NCBI GenBank assembly: GCA_003208875.1
Contig: QCUR01000009.1
Span: 1 to 29,527, forward strand
DNA from: Prochlorococcus sp. AG-679-M23
Lineage (GTDB): Bacteria > Cyanobacteriota > Cyanobacteriia > PCC-6307 > Cyanobiaceae
DNA: 29,527 nt
Reading direction: 5' to 3'
Positions within the stretch are counted from its first letter, which is position 1, and every line of letters starts with the position of its first letter. Position numbers and translations under genes: made by a program. Below, in pieces: positions 1-10,423 of this stretch. Below the pieces are notes generated by a model, which saw only the letters and a list, made by a program, of their open reading frames with translations, searched no databases and was not told where the DNA came from.

Positions 1-183
1 TACGAAGAAGAGATAGAATTTAAACCTAAAGAAAGAAAAACACCAAATAATACTGAAATTATTGATAAAGATATTTATGGGTCTTATAAAAATGAAATTG
101 GATATAAAAATACAGAAGAATTGCCATTACCTAATATAAAAAACTTGAGAAAATGGATTAATAAAGAGAAAAAAGCCAGCTAA
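1..183 (+). CDS. 3' end of a hypothetical protein (5'-truncated by the window edge)
   Basis: Frame +1 is open from base 1 to TAA 181-183 (YEEEIEFKPKERK...LPLPNIKNLRKWINKEKKAS*). It ends 4 bp from the convergent groEL stop. Confidence 0.75.
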   Translation, partial: YEEEIEFKPKERKTPNNTEIIDKDIYGSYKNEIGYKNTEELPLPNIKNLRKWINKEKKAS

Positions 184-187
184 GTTT

Positions 188-1948
188 TTACATCATTCCA
201 GGCATACCCATGCCGCCCATTCCAGGCATACCCATACCGCCCATTCCAGGCATACCCATACCGCCCATTCCAGGCATACCCATGCCGCCCATTCCAGGCA
301 TGCCCATACCACCCATTCCACCCATTCCACCCATTCCACCCATTGGATCTGCCCCTGGTCCCCCAGGTGCTGCTTCTGGTTCTGGGATATCAGCAACTGC
401 AACTTCCGTAGTAAGTATCATTGCTGCGATTGATACTGAATCTTGAAGAGCTAATCGAATAACTTTAGTAGGATCTAATATTCCTGACTCGTTTAAGTTC
501 TCATATTCCCCATTATTAGCATTAAAACCCTTACCAAATCTTTTAATATCAGCAATAACAACATCTCCATTAAAACCAGCATTTTTTGCAATTTGTTTTG
601 TAGGTTCTAAAAGTGCATTTGTAATAATATCAATACCTGTAGTCAAATCATCTGATATTGCTTTACGTGAATTAGAAAGTTCATTTGATACTTCAATTAA
701 GGTTTGTCCTCCCCCTGAAACTACTCCTTCCTCGATAGCAGCTTTTGTAGCATTGAGTGAATCTTCTATTCTTAATTTTTTATACTTCATCTCAGTTTCC
801 GTCGCAGCCCCAACTTTAATAAGAGCTACTCCTCCAGCAAGTTTTGCTATTCTTTCGTTAATCTTATCTTTATCGTATTCCGATTCAGTAATTTCTACTT
901 CCCTTTTTAATTTCTCAACTCTTGCTTGGACAAGGTCTTTGGTATCGTCGAAAGCTACGATTGTTGTTTTATCCTTTGATATTGTTATTTTTTTAGCTTT
1001 TCCAAGATCATTAAGAGTAACTTCTTCTAATTTCATTGATTGATCTTCGCTAATTAATTTAGCTCCTGTAAGAATTGCAATATCTTCAAGAGCAGCTTTT
1101 CTCCTTTCTCCAAATGATGGAGCTCGAACAGCCGAAACATTTAATACCCCACTATTTTTATTTAATACCAGAGTTGTTAGAGCTTCCCCTTCAATATCTT
1201 CAGCTAGAATTAAAAATGGAGAAGCAGATTTTTGAACATCTTCTAGGATAGGGACCAAGTTGGTTAATGTTGATATTTTTTGGTCAGTGATTAGGATCTT
1301 AGGATTTTCAAGTTCACAAATCTGTCTTTCTTGATCAGTTACAAAATAAGGTGAGCTATAACCTCTATCAAAAGACATTCCTTCTGTGATGTCTAGCTCT
1401 GTCTCTAGGGATTGTGACTCTTCTACTGTTATAACTCCATCTGAAGTTACAATATCCATTGCTTTTGAAATTATTGAACCAATTTCTTCATCTCCTCCTG
1501 CACTTACTGTCGCAACTTTTTTAATATCGGAGCCATTTATTTTGATACTTTTTGATCTTAATTTCTCTAAAACAAAATCTAATCCTTTTTCCATTCCTTT
1601 TTTTAGCTCAATAGGACTAGCTCCCGCAGCTATATTTTTTAAACCTTCTTGAACCATTATTTGAGTCAAGATTGTTGCTGTTGTTGTTCCATCACCAGCA
1701 CTCTCTTTAGTTTTTGATGCTACTTGTTCTATTAATTTTGCCCCTAAATTAGAGATGGGATTCTCAAGGTTGATTTCTTTAGCAACCGTAGATCCATCTC
1801 TTACTATATCTGGAGAACCGAATTTTCTTTCTATTACAACATTCTTTGCCTTTGGACCAATAGTTACTTTAACAGCATTTGCGACAGTATTTATTCCTTT
1901 TTCAAGCGCTTCTCTAGATTCGTTCGAAAAGCTTAATTGTTTTGGCAT
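188..1948 (-). CDS. groEL2: Chaperonin GroEL (GroEL2 type, no adjacent groES)
   Basis: 586 aa with [26 protein letters not shown] and AKLAGGVA motifs and a Gly-Met tail. No groES lies upstream. Confidence 0.97.
   Translation of the reverse strand: MPKQLSFSNESREALEKGINTVANAVKVTIGPKAKNVVIERKFGSPDIVRDGSTVAKEINLENPISNLGAKLIEQVASKTKESAGDGTTTATILTQIMVQEGLKNIAAGASPIELKKGMEKGLDFVLEKLRSKSIKINGSDIKKVATVSAGGDEEIGSIISKAMDIVTSDGVITVEESQSLETELDITEGMSFDRGYSSPYFVTDQERQICELENPKILITDQKISTLTNLVPILEDVQKSASPFLILAEDIEGEALTTLVLNKNSGVLNVSAVRAPSFGERRKAALEDIAILTGAKLISEDQSMKLEEVTLNDLGKAKKITISKDKTTIVAFDDTKDLVQARVEKLKREVEITESEYDKDKINERIAKLAGGVALIKVGAATETEMKYKKLRIEDSLNATKAAIEEGVVSGGGQTLIEVSNELSNSRKAISDDLTTGIDIITNALLEPTKQIAKNAGFNGDVVIADIKRFGKGFNANNGEYENLNESGILDPTKVIRLALQDSVSIAAMILTTEVAVADIPEPEAAPGGPGADPMGGMGGMGGMGGMGMPGMGGMGMPGMGGMGMPGMGGMGMPGMGGMGMPGMM
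194..343 (-). repeat. Coding tandem repeat: 5 x 24 bp (GGMGMPGM unit) plus 3 x 9 bp (GGM unit)
   Basis: Units like cattccaggcatacccat(g/a)ccgcc start at 194, 218, 242, 266 and 290 (the last is more diverged). cattccacc starts at 314, 323 and 332. Confidence 0.95.
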
Positions 1949-2016
1949 GTTTATTGAAATCTTTATATCGTTATTCTAATGTCCCATGGAATTATATTTA
2001 AAGGATACTTAATTAA

Positions 2017-2032
2017 GTGGGGAAAGCCGAAT
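2017..2032 (-). promoter_or_regulatory. K-box-like heat-shock activator element upstream of groEL2
   Basis: The minus strand reads ATTCGG-CTTT-CCCCAC, against the cyanobacterial K-box GTTCGG-NNAN-CCNNAC. Candidate -10 hexamers are TAGAAT (1973-1978) and TATAAT (1991-1996). Confidence 0.6.
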
Positions 2033-2082
2033 TTCTCTTAAATAGCTATCCAAATTAATTAAATTATGAGTATCTTAAAGTT

Positions 2083-2262
2083 ATGGACAAAACAGGGAAT
2101 CTTATTTTTACTTTAACTGCCACACTTGCAGTTGCAATGACTCTTATATATTTTCCTCTTAGATTTTTCTTGACTTTAACTGCTAGAAGTCGAAGATTAA
2201 AACTTCTACAAAAGATTAGAAGATTAAGGGATGAGTTGGTTCAACCATATGAAAGTACATAA
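2083..2262 (+). CDS. Small hypothetical membrane protein (59 aa), absent from the ORF track
   Basis: ATG 2083 to TAA 2260-2262: MDKTGNLIFTLTATLAVAMTLIYFPLRFFLTLTARSRRLKLLQKIRRLRDELVQPYEST. It fills the gap and abuts the fabG stop exactly. Confidence 0.8.
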   Translation: MDKTGNLIFTLTATLAVAMTLIYFPLRFFLTLTARSRRLKLLQKIRRLRDELVQPYEST

Positions 2263-3012
2263 TTAAATACTCATGCCCCCATCAATACTTATTGTTTGTC
2301 CTGTTATGTAGTTGCCAGCATTACTCGAGACTAAGAATGAAACTAAGTTTGCTATTTGTGAACAATTACCTAGCTTGCCTAATGGTATGGCTTTGATAAT
2401 CTCTTCGTTGTTTAGTTTCTCAGTCATTTCTGTTTCTATAAAACCTGGAGCTATAGCATTAACATTTATCCCTCTTGAAGCAAATTCTTTTGCACAGGTT
2501 TTTGTAAAGCCAATAACACCTGCTTTAGCGGCAGAATAGTTTGCTTGTCCAGGATTTCCAATTATTCCGACAATAGATGAGATATTAATTATCTTTCCGC
2601 TTCTTTTTTTTATCATAAATTTTGAAGCATATTTTGTACAAAGAAAGACCCCTTTTAAGTTTGTATTTAGAACGTCATCCCATTGTTCTGATTTCATTCG
2701 CATTAAGAGCCCATCTCTTGTTATGCCAGCATTATTTACAAGAATATCTATAGCACCATTTATCTTTATGATTTCTTCAAAAGCTCTACTAACAGATTCT
2801 TCTTTTGAAACATCAAATTTTAATTTATGAACTTTGCCTCCAGACTCTTTAATTAAATTTACAACTTCTTCAGCTTTTTCATCAGACGACGAATAATTTA
2901 TTATGACTTCTGCTCCTGATTTACTAAGCTCTAAGGCAATTTCCTTACCAATGCCCCTGCTAGCCCCTGTAATTAAAGCAACTTTACCAGTTAAAGATTC
3001 TGTATTTGACAT
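2263..3012 (-). CDS. fabG: 3-oxoacyl-ACP reductase
   Basis: TGASRGIG, NNAGITRD, GNPGQANYSAAK and IAPGFI motifs. Confidence 0.96.
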   Translation of the reverse strand: MSNTESLTGKVALITGASRGIGKEIALELSKSGAEVIINYSSSDEKAEEVVNLIKESGGKVHKLKFDVSKEESVSRAFEEIIKINGAIDILVNNAGITRDGLLMRMKSEQWDDVLNTNLKGVFLCTKYASKFMIKKRSGKIINISSIVGIIGNPGQANYSAAKAGVIGFTKTCAKEFASRGINVNAIAPGFIETEMTEKLNNEEIIKAIPLGKLGNCSQIANLVSFLVSSNAGNYITGQTISIDGGMSI

Positions 3013-3105
3013 TGTTAAATTTTTATAATTTAAAATCGTAGTACTATTTGTGCAAACATATTACTTTTATTTATAATTATCTAGAAAATATAAACCCAAA
3101 TAATT

Positions 3106-3777
3106 GTGCATGTACTAATACCTGCGGCAGGCAGTGGTAGCAGAATGAAAGCCGGAAGAAATAAATTACTTATTGAATTAGAAGGGGAATCTCTTATTTT
3201 TTGGACTATAAAATCTGTATTATCTGCAAGTTTAGTCAGCTGGGTAGGAATAATTGGGCAGCCGAATGATAAACAAGAATTATTAAAATCATTAAAAAAT
3301 TTTTCTAATAAAATTAAATGGATAAATGGTGGAGATACGAGGCAAAAATCTGTCTTTAATGGTTTAAATTCTCTTCCATCTACTGCTGAGAAAGTTTTAA
3401 TTCATGATGGTGCTAGATGCTTAATTGGTCCCGACTTAATAAACAAATGTGCTTCAGAATTAGAACAAAATGATGCAGTTGTTTTAGCTACCAAGGTTAC
3501 CGACACAATTAAGATTGTTGATAATAAAGGATATATAAAGGAAACACCAAATAGACAAAATTTGTGGGCAGCTCAAACGCCTCAGGGTTTTTTAGTAAAG
3601 AGATTAAGAGAAGCTCATGAAATGGCAATTGAGAAAAATTGGACGGTTACAGATGATGCCTCACTATTTGAAATGTTAAATTGGCAAGTAAAAATAATTG
3701 AGGGAAATTCTGCAAATATAAAAATTACATCACCACTAGATCTGAAAATAGCAAAACTATTTTTAAAAGATTTTTAA
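3106..3777 (+). CDS. ispD: 2-C-methyl-D-erythritol 4-phosphate cytidylyltransferase
   Basis: PAAGSGSRM, GGDTRQKSV, IHDGAR, AQTPQGF, TDD and NIKIT motifs. GTG start. Confidence 0.95.
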   Translation: MHVLIPAAGSGSRMKAGRNKLLIELEGESLIFWTIKSVLSASLVSWVGIIGQPNDKQELLKSLKNFSNKIKWINGGDTRQKSVFNGLNSLPSTAEKVLIHDGARCLIGPDLINKCASELEQNDAVVLATKVTDTIKIVDNKGYIKETPNRQNLWAAQTPQGFLVKRLREAHEMAIEKNWTVTDDASLFEMLNWQVKIIEGNSANIKITSPLDLKIAKLFLKDF

Positions 3778-4646
3778 TAAGAAGGGATATGAATAATAAG
3801 TTTTCCATCGTTCCCATTTAATGTTGCTTCACAACCTAAAGGGATGCATGCATTACCAGATAAATGTCCAATAGGAAGGTCAAAAAGAATAGGAATATCA
3901 AATTCTTGAAGCCTTTCAATTATTAATTTTTTGAGCAAGCCGTTCCATTCAGGCGTACACACTCCATCTGAAAAACTTCCGAATCCAATACCTGAAATTC
4001 CATTCAATTTGTTTGTCATTCTCAAATAAGTTAACATTCGATCAATTTTATAAATGTCTTCGTTTATGTCCTCAAATATTATTATTTTCCCTTTTAATTC
4101 AGGGAAATGATCAGTACCAATTAGAAAAGATGCAATAGTTAGATTAGAAACAACAATTTCTCCTTTTGCGATGCCTTTTTTTAAAGGTAAACCCTTAATA
4201 TCATCAACATATCCCTCAAAAAGTAAATTTCTTAGTCTTCTTAAACTCCATTCAGGTTCTTTAAAAAGAGTAGTAATCATAGGTCCATGAATCGAGCCAA
4301 AAGATCCTTTTGAATATTTTGATAACAATAGTGAACATGTATCAGAGAATCCAATCATCAACCCATTACCCCAATTTGGATTTTTTTCTAAAAGTCTTGC
4401 TGCGCCCCATCCACCTTTAGCGAAAATGATGACTTTCTTATTTTGAGCTTTTTCAAGTTCTTCAAATCTTGTTTGATCATCTCCAGCAAAATACCCAAAC
4501 TTTCTTGAGAGGATATTATTGTTAACAATCTTCAATCCCCATGTTTTTAAAATATCTATGCCCTTTATAAAATCCTCTTCCTTATCTATAAAAGAGCTTG
4601 GAGCTAAAATTTGAATCTCATCTCCTTTTTTTAATTTAACTAGCAT
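3774..4646 (-). CDS. LD-carboxypeptidase, peptidase S66 family
   Basis: APSS, GGWG, GFSD (Ser), HGPM, FEDINE (Glu) and IGH (His), so the catalytic triad appears intact. Confidence 0.88.
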   Translation of the reverse strand: MLVKLKKGDEIQILAPSSFIDKEEDFIKGIDILKTWGLKIVNNNILSRKFGYFAGDDQTRFEELEKAQNKKVIIFAKGGWGAARLLEKNPNWGNGLMIGFSDTCSLLLSKYSKGSFGSIHGPMITTLFKEPEWSLRRLRNLLFEGYVDDIKGLPLKKGIAKGEIVVSNLTIASFLIGTDHFPELKGKIIIFEDINEDIYKIDRMLTYLRMTNKLNGISGIGFGSFSDGVCTPEWNGLLKKLIIERLQEFDIPILFDLPIGHLSGNACIPLGCEATLNGNDGKLIIHIPSY

Positions 4647-4658
4647 TCTTTTTATAAG

Positions 4659-5546
4659 CTATGAGGCGATTATGAATCCCAATAATATTAAGCCTCCATA
4701 TATAGATTGGTTTTTAAAATGATGACCAATTTTTTTAATAGATTGTTTACTTTCAGGAAAAATTTTCAAAATATCTTTTTGCATTAAAAATCCTGTTATT
4801 AACCAAATTGGCCAAAACATAAAAGTTAGTTGATTGATGAAAGCACATATTGCAAGAAAACTGGAAGTTAAAAAATAACAAATTTGAATAGTTTTTTTTG
4901 TATTGGAAGCAAGGTTAACTGCGGAACTGTTTACTCCAATTTGAATATCATATTTTTTATCAGCCAAAGCATATACAGTGTCAAAACCAAAAGTCCAAAA
5001 AATCGTAGCGAGCCAGCAAAATAATAAAACAATACTATTGATATTCCCTTCGTTCGCAGCCCAAGGTATTAAAACTGAGAATCCCCAGCATATTGATAAG
5101 ATAAATTGCGGATATTTAAACCATCTCTTTGCAGAAGGGTATATTAAAATTAAAGGCAAAGCAAAAAAAGCAAGTGAAAGAGAAAGAAGTCTTCCATTCT
5201 CTGGAAGCGACAAAGTTAAAAAGAAACTACATATAATCAAAAATATAAGTATTAAGTATGCTGTTTTAGTACTGATTTTATTTGCAGCAAGAGGTCTGTT
5301 TTTGGTCCTTAAGACTTTTTGATCTATTCTTTTATCCCAAATATCATTAGCGACACAACCTAAACCACTTACTAATAATCCACCGATTATAATTTTCAAC
5401 AACATGTAAATGCTTGGATTTGATTCGGGCGTAAGATATAAACTCCATCCAGCAGGGATAAGTAGAATGAGTCTCCCTGTAGGCTTATTCCACCTTAATA
5501 ATTCAAAAAAGATGTTTATTTTAGAATTTAGGTCTTTCTTTATCAA
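4659..5546 (-). CDS. ubiA: 4-hydroxybenzoate polyprenyl (solanesyl) transferase, plastoquinone synthesis
   Basis: LRWNKPTG, NDIWDKRID...RTKNRPLA, YPSAKR and DTVYALADKKYD motifs, with multiple TM helices. TTG start, exact position uncertain. Confidence 0.93.
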   Translation of the reverse strand: MIKKDLNSKINIFFELLRWNKPTGRLILLIPAGWSLYLTPESNPSIYMLLKIIIGGLLVSGLGCVANDIWDKRIDQKVLRTKNRPLAANKISTKTAYLILIFLIICSFFLTLSLPENGRLLSLSLAFFALPLILIYPSAKRWFKYPQFILSICWGFSVLIPWAANEGNINSIVLLFCWLATIFWTFGFDTVYALADKKYDIQIGVNSSAVNLASNTKKTIQICYFLTSSFLAICAFINQLTFMFWPIWLITGFLMQKDILKIFPESKQSIKKIGHHFKNQSIYGGLILLGFIIAS

Positions 5547-5668
5547 AGGATTTTTTATTTCATAACTTTAAATAATCTAACTATAAATTAGGCAAATCTA
5601 TAATTTAATAATCAATCTTAAGTATATTAATTACGGTATTTAGAATCTCTATTTTTTAGAGAATAAAA

Positions 5669-7267
5669 ATGATACAGAAAAAAAAATTAAGTAATCTGCA
5701 AGAAAAAGATATTTCTGTAGCCTCCATTGATATTGGAACCAACTCCACTCATCTCTTAATCGCTGAAATTAATTCAGATCTCAAATCCTTTTCAATAAAA
5801 TTTACTGATAAATATACAACACGTCTAGGGGAGAGAGATGAAGAGGGAAATCTTACTGAGGAATCAATTCAAAGAGTTTTAAAGACCCTAAAGCGTTTTA
5901 AAGAGTACTGCAAAAGTAATGGTGTTAATCAAATAGTAACTGCTGCAACGAGTGCTGTTAGGGAGGCTCCAAATGGTCGAGACTTTTTAAATAGGGTTCA
6001 AAGTGATGTAGATATTCAAATAGAACTTATAAGCGGATCTGAAGAGGCTAGATTAATTTATCTTGGTGTTTTGTCTGGGATGGTTTTGGAAGATAAGTCT
6101 TACGTAATTATTGATATAGGTGGAGGTTCTACTGAATTAATACTTGCAGATCAAAAAGATGCGATAGCTCTAACAAGTTCTAGAGTTGGAGCTGTTAGGC
6201 TCAAAAATGATTTTTTTCTAGATAATGAACCCATAAATAGAGAAAGATCTAATTTTTTGAGAACTTTTATTCAAGGCTCCTTAGAACCATCTATTGAAAA
6301 AATTAAAAGGAGATTACAAAGAGGAAAGACTGTCTCAATGATTGCTACAAGTGGAACCGCAATCTCACTAGGAAATTTAATTTTATCTGACCTTGGGCAG
6401 CCAAAACAAAAGATGCATGGTTATAAATTTAAAAAAGAAAATTTAGAGATTGTCTTGGAAAAATTAATTAAAATGCCAACTTCTGAAATAAAGAAAATTC
6501 CTTCACTCAGTGAAAGAAGATCAGAAATAATAATTCCAGGTGCATTAATTTTAAAAACCTCAATGGAGATGTTGAATTTTAATCAGTTGACAATAAGTGA
6601 GAGGGCCCTAAGGGAAGGATTAGTAGTTGATTGGATGCTTCGCCAAGGAATAATAAAAAATGAATTTAATATTCAAAGTAATATTAGGAGAACCACCATA
6701 GTTCATCAGGCTAGAAAGTTTGGTGTTGATAAAGAAAGATCTGAGAAAGTTACTAATATCGCATTTCAAATCTATGATCAAACTAAAAATATTTTTCATG
6801 GCGATAATGATACAAAAGCAAAAGATCTCCTTTGGGCAGCCTGTAACCTTTATGATTGTGGGAAATATGTAAATATAAGTTCTTATCATAAACATTCTTG
6901 GTATTTAATTAAAAACTGCGAATTATTGGGATATTCTCAATCTGAGACAAATAGTATCGCTTCAATAGTTAGATATCACAGAAAGACTTTACCAAAAAAA
7001 AGACATGAATCTTGGCAAAGTTTAATCTCAAAAGAAGATAAAACATTAGTACTTGAAATGTCCTTAATTTTAAGATTAGCGGCCTCACTGGATCAAAGAC
7101 CTGTAAATGTATTATCTTCGATAAAAATTAAATTACTAAATAATATTATTGCAATTGAACTAATACCTTTAAAATCAAATCAAGATCTTCTTCTTGAAAA
7201 ATGGAGCTTAGAGTTATGTAGTAAGGTGGTTAAAGAATTAAAAAATTTAGATTTGAGAGTTGTTTAA
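5669..7267 (+). CDS. ppx: Exopolyphosphatase, Ppx/GppA family
   Basis: IDIGTNS, ATSAVREA, GSEEARL, DIGGGSTE and ALREG motifs, plus a C-terminal HD-like domain. Confidence 0.94.
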   Translation: MIQKKKLSNLQEKDISVASIDIGTNSTHLLIAEINSDLKSFSIKFTDKYTTRLGERDEEGNLTEESIQRVLKTLKRFKEYCKSNGVNQIVTAATSAVREAPNGRDFLNRVQSDVDIQIELISGSEEARLIYLGVLSGMVLEDKSYVIIDIGGGSTELILADQKDAIALTSSRVGAVRLKNDFFLDNEPINRERSNFLRTFIQGSLEPSIEKIKRRLQRGKTVSMIATSGTAISLGNLILSDLGQPKQKMHGYKFKKENLEIVLEKLIKMPTSEIKKIPSLSERRSEIIIPGALILKTSMEMLNFNQLTISERALREGLVVDWMLRQGIIKNEFNIQSNIRRTTIVHQARKFGVDKERSEKVTNIAFQIYDQTKNIFHGDNDTKAKDLLWAACNLYDCGKYVNISSYHKHSWYLIKNCELLGYSQSETNSIASIVRYHRKTLPKKRHESWQSLISKEDKTLVLEMSLILRLAASLDQRPVNVLSSIKIKLLNNIIAIELIPLKSNQDLLLEKWSLELCSKVVKELKNLDLRVV

Positions 7268-7755
7268 TTTTTATTTATGAGTTCTTCTTTAGGAACTTGA
7301 TTTTGGAAAGATTCTGAAAAAATATTAAAAATCAAAGATGAAGCTAATAAGCCTAATATTCCTGAAATTAAAATAAAGATAATAACTTCCATAGAATTCT
7401 GATTCTTCAAGTTTCGGTCATTTTTCGCTTTTATTGAAACTTCTTGAACAATTTCTTCGATGTTTACTTCTTTCCGTTCAGTTTTGAATTCGCTCATTAT
7501 AAAATCTGTATCAACTTTTAGCTTTTCAGAAATCCTACGAACCATTGCTTTTATAAAAACTTTTTCCGGTAAATGATCTTCATTACCCTCCTCTATAGCC
7601 TGAAGTTGGTGAGATCCGATTTTTAAATCAGAGGCTAATTCTTCAATTGATTTATTTCTGCTTACTCTTGCTTCTTTAATGAAATTGCCAATTCTTTTTA
7701 AAGACGAATTATTTTTGGGATTGTTGTCTGAATTATTAGATTTTATTTCGTCCAA
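7264..7755 (-). CDS. RodZ-like XRE/HTH_25 protein with a C-terminal TM helix
   Basis: IGNFIKEAR...LQAIEEGNEDHLPEKVFIKAMVRR is a RodZ-type HTH, followed by the hydrophobic VIIFILISGILGLLASSLIF. TTG start. Confidence 0.8.
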   Translation of the reverse strand: MDEIKSNNSDNNPKNNSSLKRIGNFIKEARVSRNKSIEELASDLKIGSHQLQAIEEGNEDHLPEKVFIKAMVRRISEKLKVDTDFIMSEFKTERKEVNIEEIVQEVSIKAKNDRNLKNQNSMEVIIFILISGILGLLASSLIFNIFSESFQNQVPKEELINKN

Positions 7756-7812
7756 AGCAATTAATTTTTCCCCAATTATAGTGTTATATATCTATCTATC
7801 AACTTTATTCGA

Positions 7813-8568
7813 TTATTTGCCCCTAAAGAGATGCTTGTAAGATGGATTATAAAGATTAGACCTATTTGTAATAGTATTAATTGCAGGACTAACTATATAA
7901 ATAGTAGTTCTAATAAGTTCTTTCTCAAGAGTAAATTTCTCCATATCCTTCAATTCAATTAAAGATGTCCAACCATCATCCCAAGATACTCTATAACCAA
8001 CAATTACTTTAGTTTCTGGAGGGTAAAATTCTAATAAAGTTTTTTGAGAACTTTTTATGTGTCTAGCACTCAAATAAAGACATAAAGAGGATTTGTGCTT
8101 GGCAAGATCTTTAAGTGATTCTTTTTCAGGCATACCAGTTCGGCCTCCTGCTCTAGTCAAAATTATAGTTTGAGTTATATCTGGAATTGTAAGCTCGGCC
8201 TGATGATAGGCGGCAGCGACCTGGAAAGCACTAACCCCAGGTATTACTTCAGTCTCGATATCTTTTTGTTTTAATATTTCTAGTTGTTCTTTAACTGCAC
8301 CATACAGGCATGGATCTCCATCATGCAATCTAATAACACTTTTACCTTCATTGAATCTTTCTATCATTATTGAAGTGATTTTTTCTAGAGTAAGAGTACT
8401 GGTTTTTATTTTTTCAGCACCTTCAAGTGAAAAATTTATAATTTTTTCAGGAATTAAAGAATCAGCCCAAAATATAACTTCTGCAGATTCTATTTTTTTT
8501 AACGCTTTGATTGTTAATAAATCAGGATCGCCTGGACCAACACCAATAAAAGAGATCTTTCTATCCAT
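7813..8568 (-). CDS. cobM: Precorrin-4 C11-methyltransferase
   Basis: [33 protein letters not shown] and QTIILTR motifs, with a terminal [10 protein letters not shown]. Confidence 0.93.
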   Translation of the reverse strand: MDRKISFIGVGPGDPDLLTIKALKKIESAEVIFWADSLIPEKIINFSLEGAEKIKTSTLTLEKITSIMIERFNEGKSVIRLHDGDPCLYGAVKEQLEILKQKDIETEVIPGVSAFQVAAAYHQAELTIPDITQTIILTRAGGRTGMPEKESLKDLAKHKSSLCLYLSARHIKSSQKTLLEFYPPETKVIVGYRVSWDDGWTSLIELKDMEKFTLEKELIRTTIYIVSPAINTITNRSNLYNPSYKHLFRGK

Positions 8569-9454
8569 TATTTATTGTTTTGTTTTTATATGATTTTAAT
8601 CTTAAAAAAAATATTCCAATTAATCCAGAGGAAAATAAAAAAATACTAATAAACTGGGCCATGCGTAGTCCTCCATCACAAAAAGGGGGAACACCCCCAA
8701 TACATAAAGGATCAATTCTAAAACCTTCAATCCAGAATCTTCCAAAACTATAGCAAATCAAATAAAGACAACTAATAAAGCCAGGCCTCACTGAGTTTTT
8801 ATTGTTCTGTTGGTAAAAAATAGTAATCAATAATATAAAAATTAAAAAATTCCATAATGATTCATAGATAAATGTTGGATGGAAAAACTGGTAATTTATA
8901 AACTCTATTGGCCTATTTTGTATGGGTATAAATAACTTCCAAGGTAAATCTGTAGGTATTCCAAATGCTTCATTATTGAAGAAATTCCCCCATCTACCAA
9001 TAGATTGGCCAAGAATAATAGATGGAATTAATATATCTATAAAGGTCTTTAAATGAATTTTTTTAGATTTGCAAAAAAGTAAAATACATAAAAATCCTCC
9101 AATTAAGGCTCCATGGATTGCTATGCCCCCTTGCCAAATTGCAAGAAAAGAGGGAATTTGAATTACATTATTAAAAAGGTCAAAAGAAGTAAAAAAGTTA
9201 TCACCACTATATTGTCTCCATTCGAAAATTACATAGTACGCTCTGGCTCCAATGATTGAAGATATTATTAAGGAAGGTAAAATATCACTAATATATTGAG
9301 GATTAATATTTCTTGATTTTGCAAGCTTTTTAGAAATAAAAAGTCCTATTACTACTGATATGGAAATTAGAAGACCATACCATCTTATAGTTAGAAAACC
9401 TAAATTTAAAAATGTGTCTCCAGGGGATTGAATAAAAGCTTGATATGTAAGCAT
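8561..9454 (-). CDS. lgt: Prolipoprotein diacylglyceryl transferase
   Basis: [35 protein letters not shown] and HPTFIYES motifs. Confidence 0.95.
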   Translation of the reverse strand: MLTYQAFIQSPGDTFLNLGFLTIRWYGLLISISVVIGLFISKKLAKSRNINPQYISDILPSLIISSIIGARAYYVIFEWRQYSGDNFFTSFDLFNNVIQIPSFLAIWQGGIAIHGALIGGFLCILLFCKSKKIHLKTFIDILIPSIILGQSIGRWGNFFNNEAFGIPTDLPWKLFIPIQNRPIEFINYQFFHPTFIYESLWNFLIFILLITIFYQQNNKNSVRPGFISCLYLICYSFGRFWIEGFRIDPLCIGGVPPFCDGGLRMAQFISIFLFSSGLIGIFFLRLKSYKNKTINNG

Positions 9455-9465
9455 TTAAAGGTTAA

Positions 9466-10419
9466 TTAAACACCCTCAGCAGCTTGTACTTTTTCAACCT
9501 GCTTCTTCTTGAGTACTAACAGTATTTGAGTTAGGCCTACACCAATAAAAAATGCAATTAGTCCTATTATTCTATAAGGGCTTTGTAGCACTACTTCAGC
9601 ATCTAGTTGTCCAAAACCTCCTACATTAGGGTTATTAGTGAGAGGATCTCCTGCAGTTATTTGGTCTTGTTCTTTCACAATAAGTTCAGGACCAACTGGA
9701 ACAGCCTCGGTAAATATTTCCCCGTTCTCATCCTCAATATTAATTTGATAACTACCATCTTCAATAGTTTCTATTGAATTGATTGTACCTGAAGAAGTAG
9801 AAGTGAATATTACATTATTACTCTTGTCACCAGTCGGATAAACTTGCCCTCTACCTCTATTTCCTCCTATATGCAACGAGTACTTTCCATAGTGATACTC
9901 TTTATTAATAGCTGGATTAGGGGAAAGGACTGGAAAAACGATTTCTTTATTAGTATCTCCTGGTAATGGCCCGACAAGAATTATATTGTCTTTTTCTTCG
10001 CTGTAATTAGTAAAGTAAACCCCCTCGGTTTCTTCTTTTATTTCATCAGTCCACCTTTCTTGAGGAGCTAATTTAAAGCCATCAGGAAGCATAACTACAG
10101 CCCCAACTTGTAAAGGAACCTCTGATCCGTCAGCACCTATTTCCTTTATGTCCTCTTTATATGGAATTTTGACTACAGCTTTGAAAACACTATCAGCTCC
10201 AACAGATTGAGGGACCTCTGCAATAGTCGGCATTTGTGCTAGATGGCAATTTGCGCAGACTATTTTTCCTGTGGCTTCTCTGGGAGATTCGTAATTTTGC
10301 TGCGCCCAAAATGGATAAGCAAAAGAAGATCTTGGGAAAATTACAATGCCGGAAATCAAAAGCAGTGTGCAGAGAAAGAAAGTTGTTTTTTTCATAATTT
10401 GGTTTTTAAAATTAATCAT
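9466..10419 (-). CDS. petA: Apocytochrome f
   Basis: Signal peptide, then YPFWAQ, the CANCH heme site, [11 protein letters not shown] and a C-terminal TM ending [12 protein letters not shown]. The start is more likely ATG 10419 or 10395 than 10446, which overlaps petC. Confidence 0.97.
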   Translation of the reverse strand: MINFKNQIMKKTTFFLCTLLLISGIVIFPRSSFAYPFWAQQNYESPREATGKIVCANCHLAQMPTIAEVPQSVGADSVFKAVVKIPYKEDIKEIGADGSEVPLQVGAVVMLPDGFKLAPQERWTDEIKEETEGVYFTNYSEEKDNIILVGPLPGDTNKEIVFPVLSPNPAINKEYHYGKYSLHIGGNRGRGQVYPTGDKSNNVIFTSTSSGTINSIETIEDGSYQINIEDENGEIFTEAVPVGPELIVKEQDQITAGDPLTNNPNVGGFGQLDAEVVLQSPYRIIGLIAFFIGVGLTQILLVLKKKQVEKVQAAEGV

Positions 10420-10423
10420 TCTT

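Noticed and set aside
194..343. Possible CRISPR array
   Set aside because: The repeats are contiguous with no spacers, lie in frame within groEL2, and no cas genes are present.
193..446. Alternative-frame ORFs 193..402 (-) and 210..446 (+) with repetitive peptides
   Set aside because: They are shadows of the groEL2 tandem repeat.
3039..3117. TAGTACT and TGTACTA half-sites resembling a cyanobacterial LexA box near the fabG and ispD starts
   Set aside because: There is no correctly spaced second half-site, and one copy lies within the ispD coding region.
5678..5686. A9 tract at the start of ppx (also at hli, 16721-16729) as a phase-variation site
   Set aside because: Poly-A Lys codons are common at this AT content and both frames are intact.
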